Shown here one piece after another: positions 28,861-37,949 of a DNA stretch of 64,000 nucleotides. Under the pieces are notes generated by a model. It did no database searches and was not told the origin of the DNA. It saw only the letters and a list, made by a program, of their open reading frames with translations. Each line of letters starts with the position of its first letter. The first letter of the stretch is position 1. The translations under genes were made by a program, and so were the position numbers. The stretch is taken from contig CAIKBL010000025.1 of assembly GCA_903825645.1 (NCBI GenBank), positions 60,078 to 124,077 of the forward strand. The letters run 5' to 3'. The DNA comes from an uncultured Pseudomonadota bacterium (GTDB lineage: Bacteria; Pseudomonadota; Gammaproteobacteria; Ga0077536).

Positions 28861-29805
28861 ATGAAAAAAATTGCTTTCTCCTTGCTGCTGCTTGCCAGCT
28901 ACGGATCTGCAACGGCCGCTCCTCGGATCTTCGTGACGAACGAACTAGGCAATACCGTCAGCGTCATTGACAGCGCGACCAACACGGTCAGCGCCACTAT
29001 CCCAGTAGGGAAAAGACCGCGCGGCATCGGCGTGGCCCCCGACGGGCGCGAAATTTATGTAGCCATCAGTGGTGATAGTGTCATCGCCGTCATCGATGCT
29101 CATTCGCTTAAGGTCGTGCGGACTTTCTCCAGTGGTGAAGATCCGGAAACCTTTGCAGTTCACCCAAACGGCAATCTCTATATATCCAATGAGGAGAACG
29201 CAAAGGCGTCGGTCTACGATCCAAAAACAGGGAAGCTCCTCGCGGAAATAAAGGTCGGCATTGAGCCCGAAGGTGTCGCTATTTCGCCAGACGGATCCCG
29301 AGTAATCGTCACCAGCGAATCAACCAACATGCTTCACGTCATCGCTATACCTGAGCACAAAATCGTTGCCAATATCCTCGTTGGTGCGCGCCCTCGCTCT
29401 GCAAGTTTCAGCGCCGACGGCAAAACTGCCTATGCGACCTCAGAGATCAGCGGCGAAGTCAAAAAAATCAACGTCGCTTCCGGCAAAATAATCGGTCATA
29501 TGCCGCTTGCCGATGACAAGGCGAAACCGAAGGACATTATCCCCAGCCGCGATGGTCAGAGACTCTTCGTGGCCGGAGGACGCGCCAACCGTGTATTTGT
29601 ACTGGACGAAAAAACACTCGACATCATTCATCAGATCCCCGTAGGAAAGCGCGTCTGGGGTCTTGCACTCTCTCGTGACGGCAAGCAGCTTTACACCACC
29701 GATGGCGCCAGTGATCAGGTCTCGGTCATAGACGTCAGCGCCAGCAAGGTCACCGCAGTAATACCTGTCGGTAAAAGTCCTTGGGGAATTGCCATTTGCG
29801 ATTAA
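28861..29805 (+). CDS. YVTN beta-propeller repeat protein (PQQ-catabolism-associated type)
   Basis: Signal peptide, then repeats FVTNE..NTVSVID, IPVGKRPRGI, GEDPETF, VGIEPEGV, VGARPR, PVGKRVWG, VGKSPWGI. Confidence 0.88.
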   Translation: MKKIAFSLLLLASYGSATAAPRIFVTNELGNTVSVIDSATNTVSATIPVGKRPRGIGVAPDGREIYVAISGDSVIAVIDAHSLKVVRTFSSGEDPETFAVHPNGNLYISNEENAKASVYDPKTGKLLAEIKVGIEPEGVAISPDGSRVIVTSESTNMLHVIAIPEHKIVANILVGARPRSASFSADGKTAYATSEISGEVKKINVASGKIIGHMPLADDKAKPKDIIPSRDGQRLFVAGGRANRVFVLDEKTLDIIHQIPVGKRVWGLALSRDGKQLYTTDGASDQVSVIDVSASKVTAVIPVGKSPWGIAICD

Positions 29806-29836
29806 ACGCCCATTAGCGAGATCGTTATCCCAAAGA

Positions 29837-29882
29837 GGGTGGGCGGGCCCTCGCTTGGAGGCCCCGCTCACCCGGTTTTTCT
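29837..29882 (+). terminator. Rho-independent terminator-like hairpin
   Basis: GGGTGGGCGGGCC...GGCCCCGCTCACCC followed by GGTTTTTCT, between convergent genes. Confidence 0.6.
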
Positions 29883-29944
29883 GGCCTGGTCAATGCGGAA
29901 ATTGCCGAGCAGACCCTCGCTACACTACGAGCGGTCCGCTGAGA

Positions 29945-30250
29945 TCAGCGATTTTCTTCGGTCTGTCTCGCGTTAAAAGCCCCTTTTTGAGTATCAGAGG
30001 CTTCACGCTGAAATCTATCCCGCCATTCGGAGTAAGGCATTCCATACACACGCTCACGCGCTGCTTCATAATCCACGGGAGTGCCGCGCTGCTCCGCTTC
30101 TGCTTTGTACCATTTCGCCAAGCAGTTCCGGCAAAATCCTGCCAGGTTCATCAGGTCAATGTTCTGGACCTCGGTATGTTCGCGCAAAAACTGAAGTAGT
30201 TTTCGAAAGGTTGCCGCGTCAAGTTCCAGTTCTTTTTGTGTATCGTCCAT
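29945..30250 (-). CDS. DUF1244 domain-containing protein
   Basis: AATFRKLL..LREHTEVQNIDLMNLAGFCRNCLAKWY, ARERVYGMPYSEW. Confidence 0.9.
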   Translation of the reverse strand: MDDTQKELELDAATFRKLLQFLREHTEVQNIDLMNLAGFCRNCLAKWYKAEAEQRGTPVDYEAARERVYGMPYSEWRDRFQREASDTQKGAFNARQTEENR

Positions 30251-30323
30251 GGGGAGCCCCTCTCTAGGTGTCCGCTGATCATAACCAACTCGGCGGCATT
30301 TGCGCATGCGCCAAGCAGAATGA

Positions 30324-31736
30324 TTACAGTCCGTGCTGCTTCATACGATAGCGCATGGTCATACGGGTAATGCCCAACTGGCGGGCCGCCTCCGAAATGT
30401 TATTTCCGGTGCGTCGCAGGGCCTCTTCAAGCAGCAGCTTCTCGGCCTGTTCCAACGTCATACCGTAGAGACCGTCGAGATCCTTCCCTGCAGAAGTCGC
30501 TGCACCCACCGCCGGCAACAAAAGGGCGTCTGCGCTTAGCACGTCGCCATTGGCGAGAAGGAGCGCCCTTTCGATGACATGTCTAACTTCCCGCACATTG
30601 CCCGGCCACTCATAGTGGATTAATGCCGCCCGAGCAGAAACGTCCAGCGCGAAGTTCGAAAGCCCATACCGCCGTGCAATCTGTTGGCCAAAGTATTCGG
30701 CGAGCAGCAAAACATCCTGTAGACGTTCTCGCAGCGGTGGCAATTTTAGCGTCAACACATTCAGTCGAAAATAAAGATCTGCCCGCAACGTACCCTCCGC
30801 GACCATCCGCTCGACATCTCGGTTGGTCGCGGCGATGAACCAGGCCCGCACCGGGCGCTCTTGGCTACTTCCTACGCGACGCAGGGAGCGTCGCTCCAGA
30901 ACAGCGAGCAACTTTGCTTGCAACTCCAACGGAAGCTCGCCCACTTCATCAAGGAACACCACGCCCGTTTCTGCGGCTTCGATTAAGCCCGTACGCTCGC
31001 CCACCGCGTTGGTGAAGGCGCCTTTGGTGTGCCCAAATAGTTCGGCCTCGATCAGATCTTTCGGGAGACTCGCGCAGTCAACATGGACGAACGGTTGCGC
31101 GGCCCGGAAAGAATGCTGATGAAGGAGGCGTGCGGCGAGATCTTTACCCGTGCCTGTCTCCCCGACAATGAGCACTGTTGGGGGGGTGTTTTCCGCTCCG
31201 ATTTTCGCAATACGCGAAATTTGTGTCCGTACCGTCTGGGCCCCGGGGGACGTTCCAAGCAGGGCCACTTCCTCACCGCCGCTGGCCTCGCGGGTGCGCG
31301 AGTAGACGAGCTGCTGATTGATTTTCTGATTTAGAAGAACTTTATTGACATTAAGAAGGAGCTCGTCCAAATCAATCGGTTTTTTGAGGTAGTCAGCTGC
31401 GCCGAGTTTCATCGCCTGTACGGCGTCCTCTATTTCTCCATAGGCGCTGAGCGCAATAACCGGAAACTCGAATCCGAGATCGCGACGTATTCGTTGCAAA
31501 AAATCGAGCCCAGAGCCGTCAGGCAGTCGCATATCCAACAACATCAAATCTGGCTCTCTACGCTTTATTTCTACCTCCGCAGCGGATAACGTCGCCACAT
31601 TGGGGGCGTCGAAACCTGCCTTTTCAAGACGCCGACTGACGGCTCTGGCGAATAGTGCCTCGTCTTCGACAAGCAGAATTCGCGCCGTCACGACTTCCGG
31701 CCGCTCAGGGTCTGATTCAAAAGGAGGCACAGACAT
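30324..31736 (-). CDS. Sigma-54-dependent response regulator (NtrC/AtoC family)
   Basis: Receiver domain (VEDE, LLDMRLPDGSG, YLKKP), AAA+ GETGTGKD, GAFTNA, FLDEVGEL, DLYFRL, WPGNVRE, Fis HTH NISEAARQLGITR. Confidence 0.95.
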   Translation of the reverse strand: MSVPPFESDPERPEVVTARILLVEDEALFARAVSRRLEKAGFDAPNVATLSAAEVEIKRREPDLMLLDMRLPDGSGLDFLQRIRRDLGFEFPVIALSAYGEIEDAVQAMKLGAADYLKKPIDLDELLLNVNKVLLNQKINQQLVYSRTREASGGEEVALLGTSPGAQTVRTQISRIAKIGAENTPPTVLIVGETGTGKDLAARLLHQHSFRAAQPFVHVDCASLPKDLIEAELFGHTKGAFTNAVGERTGLIEAAETGVVFLDEVGELPLELQAKLLAVLERRSLRRVGSSQERPVRAWFIAATNRDVERMVAEGTLRADLYFRLNVLTLKLPPLRERLQDVLLLAEYFGQQIARRYGLSNFALDVSARAALIHYEWPGNVREVRHVIERALLLANGDVLSADALLLPAVGAATSAGKDLDGLYGMTLEQAEKLLLEEALRRTGNNISEAARQLGITRMTMRYRMKQHGL

Positions 31737-31738
31737 GA

Positions 31739-33193
31739 TCAACTTGCTTCTAAAACCGGGGCGATTAAAGTAATCAAGGTACCGCCTTTATCAGTGATCT
31801 GAAATTCCAAGTCCCAACCATGAGCCTTACATACTTTGAATGCCACCGGAATTCCGAGTCCGGTTCCGAAACGTTTAGTGGTCGGGCCGGGCGTCAGATC
31901 AGAGGGATTCGGAATGAACGGGATGCCGCCGGCGTGATCCTGAATGGTCAGCCGAACGTGATCGACCTCGAGGATAACCGCGAGTTCAAGCAAACCTCCC
32001 GGTGAAGACGCCTCAACCGCATTGAGCAACAATCCGTAAATAGCCTGCTCCATCAAATCGCGATCCACCGCGACCCGGACGGTCTCCATCCAAGGGCTAC
32101 AAAGGGTGCTCACCTCTTTCTCTTGTAATTTCGGCTTCAGGAGATCGAGGACGGTCGCGAATATCTCGGTCAATGTCCACGGAGCCATCCGCGGCCTAAG
32201 GGGATGTAGATATGAGACAAGCGCACTGACCCAGCGTTCCAGACGGTCGACAGCGTCAACAATATCGCCTGCCACGTCAGTCGCTTCCTCGAGGCTCTCT
32301 GCATATCCAACGAGTTGTGCATTAGCTCGAATGCTCGCGAGCGGATTTCGGATGTTGTGTGCCACAACCGGCACTAATGCGCCGAGTGCGGCCTGGCGTT
32401 CGGATTCGACCAGAGCTGCTCGACTGCCGGCCAGTTCCTGAGCCATGTGGTTGATACCATGGGCCAGATCTGCGAGTTCACTAACGCCATCTGCTGGCAA
32501 CCGGATATCTATTTCGCCCGCCGCAATCTGCTGAGTCCCCAGCATGATACTTTTCATCGGCCGGACGAATCCCCGCGCGAGGCGTGCGCGCGAAAATCCG
32601 ATCACGCACAGGGCAATAAACACAGGAAGAGGTACGATGACCGGCGCGTAGTGGGTCCAGCTATCGATCCGAACCCGCTGATGGTTCAACCCTTGATCGA
32701 TCAAGCCTTTGAGATCCTCAAAGGCGGCATCTAGTCCGCTCACAAAAATATTATGGGGATCTGATTCAACAACACCGCTGCCCCCCAATGAGCGAGAAGT
32801 CATCTTGCCGCCATGGGTATCGTTCAATGCCGTCTGCAATTGACCATAGGCCTCCTGCATGCTTTGGATAGCAAAGTCTTCTGCACGCGAGGCCGAGTTC
32901 TGTCGAAGGAGATTAAATTTTTCCTGTATATCAAGATAAAAATTTGTTGGTGAGCCGCCAGGCAACGTCCTCAGCCTTGACAGAGCCGCCTCCTGCATTT
33001 GTCGGAACACCAGCGTTCTAATTTCCTGCGCAGCATCTTCGAGTGTCTTCAGACGGAGGGTCTCGGTTGAGGTCTGTTGCCAAAAATAGGCCCACGTCCC
33101 GCCAATCGCGCCAGTTACGATCACCAGCATGAGCAGGGCAAGTTCGTGCCCCAGCAATAGGCGTCGTAAAGACGACGTGGGGGTGATACTCAG
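31739..33193 (-). CDS. HAMP-domain sensor histidine kinase
   Basis: Two TM segments, HAMP, H-box VAHNIRNPLASI, NAVEAS, TTK.FGTGLG; start uncertain (CTG 33193 or TTG 33157). Confidence 0.88.
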   Translation of the reverse strand: MSITPTSSLRRLLLGHELALLMLVIVTGAIGGTWAYFWQQTSTETLRLKTLEDAAQEIRTLVFRQMQEAALSRLRTLPGGSPTNFYLDIQEKFNLLRQNSASRAEDFAIQSMQEAYGQLQTALNDTHGGKMTSRSLGGSGVVESDPHNIFVSGLDAAFEDLKGLIDQGLNHQRVRIDSWTHYAPVIVPLPVFIALCVIGFSRARLARGFVRPMKSIMLGTQQIAAGEIDIRLPADGVSELADLAHGINHMAQELAGSRAALVESERQAALGALVPVVAHNIRNPLASIRANAQLVGYAESLEEATDVAGDIVDAVDRLERWVSALVSYLHPLRPRMAPWTLTEIFATVLDLLKPKLQEKEVSTLCSPWMETVRVAVDRDLMEQAIYGLLLNAVEASSPGGLLELAVILEVDHVRLTIQDHAGGIPFIPNPSDLTPGPTTKRFGTGLGIPVAFKVCKAHGWDLEFQITDKGGTLITLIAPVLEAS

Positions 33194-33723
33194 TTCCAGG
33201 GCAGCATGCGCCGAAGAAATCGATCCCGAGGATGGAAGGCATGACTGAGCACCCCTGCCAGATGTGTTGCCAGTAGACCCAGTAGCGCTAGCGAACCGAT
33301 GACATGTAACCGCACGAAGAACTCGCTCAGCGGAAGATTCAGGGTTCCCCACAGCGGTAATGGCAGGCCGAAAAAACTGGTGCCGTGGCCATTGAACTCT
33401 GACGAGAGATATCCCGTCAGTGGTTGCGTGAGCAAGAGCAAATAGAAAAGCGCGTGCACCGCGCGAGCCAGCGCGGCCTGCCAAGCTGTCACGCTAAGCG
33501 GCAATAGCGGGGGGGAATGGCCCAATCTCCAGCCTAATCGCCATAAACTCAGTATCAAGACGCTCGCACCAAGCGACTTATGGAGCGCAAAATTTTGACC
33601 CCGCAACGGGCCTTTGGGCAGGTCTACCATGTACCAACCCAACAGAAAGAGGGTTATCAAAAGACTGGCCGTAACCCAATGCAGGAGCATGGCAGTTTTT
33701 GTATAAGCTTGCGGGTTGCCCAT
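33190..33723 (-). CDS. Cytochrome b561
   Basis: LLHWVTA, HKSLG, HALFY, H...LLATHLAGVLSH and LRRMLP, with four TM helices. Confidence 0.92.
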   Translation of the reverse strand: MGNPQAYTKTAMLLHWVTASLLITLFLLGWYMVDLPKGPLRGQNFALHKSLGASVLILSLWRLGWRLGHSPPLLPLSVTAWQAALARAVHALFYLLLLTQPLTGYLSSEFNGHGTSFFGLPLPLWGTLNLPLSEFFVRLHVIGSLALLGLLATHLAGVLSHAFHPRDRFLRRMLPWN

Positions 33724-33924
33724 GCGGGTTCTCTACGGTGAAAGTTTCGATGGCCAGATTAGCACGGCAACACCCGTTACTCCCATGCCCAACGTTGCCG
33801 GAAACGGCCTATAATGCAGGTGAGCAATGTCACTATCGCCTCTATAATGGTGCCGAGCGGGCCTCCGCGGGCGTCAACAAGCCACGCCGGGTTGGATAAA
33901 GATTAGTACCAATAACGGATCCTC

Positions 33925-34515
33925 ATGCGATTAATTGCCGCACTGGTTTTATGCCTTCTGGAAGCAGTTTGTCTCCCGGCCTACGCCGACAGCGCTGTGC
34001 TCCTTCGCACCGCAATTCTTGCGAACGGCTACACCATTGAAATTCTGAAATCCAAGCGCGAGCTGCTGCTACTACACGGCGAACGGATCGCCCGCCGCTT
34101 TACCGCGGCAACTGGCAATGGGGGCATTGGTGACAAGAAATATCGTGGAGATCACAAAACCCCGGTAGGGGTTTACTACATTACGGGCTTCAACGAGCAG
34201 AGTGCTTTCGAAATTTTCATGCGTCTGAACTACCCCAGTCTTAAGGACGGTTTTTTTGGGTTGAAACGGTCGCTGATTACCCGGGAAGAGTTCAATCGTA
34301 TCGCTGAAGCAGAGCGACAGGACGCTATGCCGCCCCAAAACACGCCGCTCGGTGGTGCTATTGGTATCCATGGTATTGGGGCAGAAACGGCTGATCGTCT
34401 AAAAATCCATGCAAAGCTCGACTGGACGACTGGGTGCATCGCGCTGACCAATCGCGAAATTCGTGAATTACGCCATTTCGTCGATGTCGGAACGAAGGTG
34501 GTAATTCGTGACTGA
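33925..34515 (+). CDS. L,D-transpeptidase (YkuD) family protein
   Basis: GDHKTPVGVY, LNYP, GGAIGIHG, WTTGCIALTN; signal peptide. Confidence 0.9.
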   Translation: MRLIAALVLCLLEAVCLPAYADSAVLLRTAILANGYTIEILKSKRELLLLHGERIARRFTAATGNGGIGDKKYRGDHKTPVGVYYITGFNEQSAFEIFMRLNYPSLKDGFFGLKRSLITREEFNRIAEAERQDAMPPQNTPLGGAIGIHGIGAETADRLKIHAKLDWTTGCIALTNREIRELRHFVDVGTKVVIRD

Positions 34516-35615
34516 CTGCCAGCCCAGTCGCGGTTGCGCAGGCGCTGCGCGTCCTTTTCCCGCGCTCAGTAACGCGTGCAGCGCCGCTTCCTATCCGGGA
34601 ACTTTTGGGGCTCGGCGCAGATCGCCTGTCTCAGACTGGACTTCCCACGCTACCGCGCTCTCGAGCGGAGACCCGGTTTCCGATCGATGCTCGCCCGGGT
34701 TAGCACCTTCGCCGGTCGGCTACGACACCAAACTACTTCCTTGAGTAGTTCGAGCATCTAAACCGTCGTGCCTCGACAACCGTCTTACGATCCGAGGGAC
34801 CGAGCGAAGCCCCCCACGCGGCCATCAAGAAAAATCCGGCCGCCGCCCCCGCGTAAAATTCGGCAAGTCAGCGTGTCCGTGCCCCTGCACGTCCCTAAGG
34901 ATAGAACCGGCGCAAGCGCATGTTTTCGCCGGTTGCTCGATGTCTCGTAAGGTAGCTGAAAATAGCGCCCGGCAGCAGACCTGATTAAAGCGCTGTCGTC
35001 GAAATCAACTGGGCCCTTGCCTACCAAATAAAAGACAGACGCCTCGAGACCCAACGACACGACGCTCGCGTCACCCACATCGTCAAACTCGAAGTGCCGA
35101 CGCACTTGATTTGCGCAAGCCGTTTCCTTCCCTAAGATGGACATTACCACCCGCCACCTATCACCCGCCAGGTAACGACGGGCGCTGCGAGCAACACCGA
35201 AGACGGGCCCCTGCAACTTCGGCGCCGTGTATGGGACAGGAGAACTCGAGCCGCCGGCATTGCGTCTCTCTAATTTTGCAGACAACCTCAGTAACCTTGC
35301 CAAGACTTTTCCCGCCGTCGCTTGCCGCAACTTTTGTGCGCCCGACAACCAACACCAGTTGGTGGACGCGCAGATCATCAGCCTGCCGGGCGTTTGATGG
35401 CGAGCTTTTGATGCAATTACCGCGGTTTCTGGCTGAAAGGAGATTCCGCCTCACTGATACCTGCGATCCAACGACTTTTTGTGCCATTTCGATATAGATC
35501 ATTATCAGCGTTTGCCCTAAGGTTGCGGGCTTGCTGGGTTCCGAAGAGTGTGACGGGCCCGTTCAAACCAATCATGTAGCGAGGTCGACCCCAACGACCT
35601 ATAGAGGGGGCATGC

Positions 35616-37550
35616 GTGTTCAGTGTTGATATTGATACGGGCGGTACCATGACGGACACAATGGTCAGCGGAGGTGGCGAACCTTTGCTCATCAAAATGG
35701 AGTCAACACCGCACGATATGACCGTATCATTTATGCAGAGCTTGGAAGCTGCTGCCTCCGCCTTGGACTTCAAGTCGCTCGGCGATTTTCTAGACGAAGT
35801 TCAGTTGATTCGATGGTCTTCGACCATCACCTCGAATGTGCTCGCCCAACGCAGCGGCCCGAAACTCGGGTTGGTCGTCAGCAGCGGGCATGAATCGGAT
35901 CTGTACGCGAAGGAGGCGCATGAAGTGGCGACCGTCGTGCCCTCGCTGGTGCGCCCCGAACACATTGTGGGCCTGCCAGAAAACGCTGAGCGTGGCGAGA
36001 TTATCGCCAAACTTAAGCAACTAATCGACCAAGGGATCCGCCGTATCAACGTGTCGCTTCGAGGCGCTTTCCCGGACGGTCAGCGCGAGCAGGAAATTCT
36101 CGGAATCATCGCCGAACAATTTCCCGATCATTTTCTAGGATCGGTGCCGGCCGTTGCCGGCAGTGAAATGCTGCTGCGCCCAGATGATATGTCCCGCACG
36201 TTCTTCGCACTGATTAATTCCTATGTACACAATAGTCTCGCGAATTCATTGTTCAAGGCGGAAGATGTACTCAAGATTGAACATCGATGGAAAGGAGATA
36301 TTCTTGTCGGACACTTGAGCGGCGGTGTCGCCCGTATCGGGAAAACAAAGGCAGTGGACACGATAGAGTCCGGGCCATTGTTCGGGACACACGCATCGGC
36401 TCATGTGGCGCAACAACGAGAATTACCGCACGTGCTAGCCATTGATATAGGCGGCACCACGGGCAAGGCGAGTGTGGTGCGAGATGGGCGTGTCACCATG
36501 CAATCCGAAGGCGCTTTCTTCGGTATCCCGGTACGCATGCCCATGGCGGTCCTGCGCTCAAATGCGCTGGGCGGGGGTAGCGTCGCGCGGGTAAAGGATG
36601 GCGTCATAACCCTGGGCCCTGACAGCATGGGCGCCGCCCCCGGTCCCGCCTGCTACGGACTAGGCGGGACACAAGCCACGTTAACCGACGCCTTGGTTGT
36701 GCTCGGTCTGGTGTCGCCAACAGCATTTCTTAATGGCCGTCGCGTGCTGAAGACGGAGATTGCCGAACACGCCATTCAACGCCATGTCGCCGCCGTACTC
36801 GGCGGCTCGCCCGCCGAGGCCGCGGCGGATATCTACGGGCGTGCGGTTGCCATGATGGCGGATCTGGCCCGGGAGACCTTAGGTGTCGCCGACAACCTCG
36901 AACAGAGCCCCCCCGTTCTATTCGCCTATGGTGGAAACGGCCCCCTCTTCGCCACCGCCATCGCAGATATTCTCGAAATAGCCGAAGTCAGATTCTTTGC
37001 GCTGGGCACTGTGTTTAGCGCGTATGGCTCGGCTATCGCTGATGTCCTCCACGTTTATGAACGTGCATTGGTAACTCCTCACAAGCAAGCCGAAATAGAG
37101 AGCGGAGGGATAGGGTTACGTGTTCAGGCCCAACGAGATTTACGTGGAGAGGGTTTCCCGCCCGACGAGGCTAACTACTTGTGGGAAACGGAGGACGGCA
37201 CCGGACGTCGACGCACCGTCCAGGGAGCACTTGATACCGCCGAGCTTGCTGCTGACTTCGATGCTCAGTTGCTGCGCCTCACGGCCCGTTATTCCATCTC
37301 GAAACAAAATATTCCAGCGCAGACGGCCGCAACCGGCGCACTATCTCATGCGAATGCCCGTCCTTCTGTCTTGGGTAAAAACGGCCATTTGCCTGTATAC
37401 GATCACGCCGCGCTCATCGGTCGTACGCTTGTGGGTCCACTCGTCGTTGACGGAGGAACCTTTACCTGGTACGTCGGCAGCGGCTGGCAAATCGCAGTCG
37501 ATTTATGGGGCGATGCCGCGCTCCACCGAACATCCGGGAAAGCGAAATAA
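35616..37550 (+). CDS. apcA: Acetophenone carboxylase-like subunit ApcA (hydantoinase A/oxoprolinase family)
   Basis: VDIDTGGTMTD, TPHDMTVSF, IRWSSTIT, SGP, DIGGTT, GPDSMGAAPGPACY; N-terminus resembles Aromatoleum Apc1 as recalled. Confidence 0.8.
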   Translation: MFSVDIDTGGTMTDTMVSGGGEPLLIKMESTPHDMTVSFMQSLEAAASALDFKSLGDFLDEVQLIRWSSTITSNVLAQRSGPKLGLVVSSGHESDLYAKEAHEVATVVPSLVRPEHIVGLPENAERGEIIAKLKQLIDQGIRRINVSLRGAFPDGQREQEILGIIAEQFPDHFLGSVPAVAGSEMLLRPDDMSRTFFALINSYVHNSLANSLFKAEDVLKIEHRWKGDILVGHLSGGVARIGKTKAVDTIESGPLFGTHASAHVAQQRELPHVLAIDIGGTTGKASVVRDGRVTMQSEGAFFGIPVRMPMAVLRSNALGGGSVARVKDGVITLGPDSMGAAPGPACYGLGGTQATLTDALVVLGLVSPTAFLNGRRVLKTEIAEHAIQRHVAAVLGGSPAEAAADIYGRAVAMMADLARETLGVADNLEQSPPVLFAYGGNGPLFATAIADILEIAEVRFFALGTVFSAYGSAIADVLHVYERALVTPHKQAEIESGGIGLRVQAQRDLRGEGFPPDEANYLWETEDGTGRRRTVQGALDTAELAADFDAQLLRLTARYSISKQNIPAQTAATGALSHANARPSVLGKNGHLPVYDHAALIGRTLVGPLVVDGGTFTWYVGSGWQIAVDLWGDAALHRTSGKAK

Positions 37551-37553
37551 GTC

Positions 37554-37949
37554 ATGTCCACACAAAATAAAATTGGGGTGCTCAACATCGCTGAGAACCT
37601 TCAACTCGATTTGGATACCGATACCTGGGTCTGCGGGCGCTGCAGCTGCGTCATCGGTAGCGCACACGAAAATGTCAAACATAGCCTCTTGGTGGGGGAG
37701 CGGGATCCAACTGAAGTTCATCCACCCTTGATCATGGGCCAACCGTACTCTTTCGCGCCGAATCCGGAATGGGTCCGCATTCTGGAATTTTATTGTCCGA
37801 GCTGCGGGGTCCAGATAGAAACTGAATATCTCCCCCCGGGACATCCGATCACCTACACCACGGAGATCGACCTGGCGGCCCTTAAAAACCGCCTAAACCA
37901 AGGCGAGATGGTCATCGAAAACGGACATCTGAAGGTGGTAACCACATGA
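37554..37949 (+). CDS. apcB: Acetophenone carboxylase-like small subunit ApcB (acetone carboxylase gamma family)
   Basis: WVCGRC and YSFAPNPEWVRILEFYCPSCGVQIETEYLPPGHPI (two CxxC motifs). Confidence 0.85.
   Translation: MSTQNKIGVLNIAENLQLDLDTDTWVCGRCSCVIGSAHENVKHSLLVGERDPTEVHPPLIMGQPYSFAPNPEWVRILEFYCPSCGVQIETEYLPPGHPITYTTEIDLAALKNRLNQGEMVIENGHLKVVTT

Noticed and set aside
33194-33484. 97-aa N-terminal extension of the histidine kinase in the ORF track
   Set aside because: An out-of-frame overlap with the cytochrome b561 gene that has no domain features.
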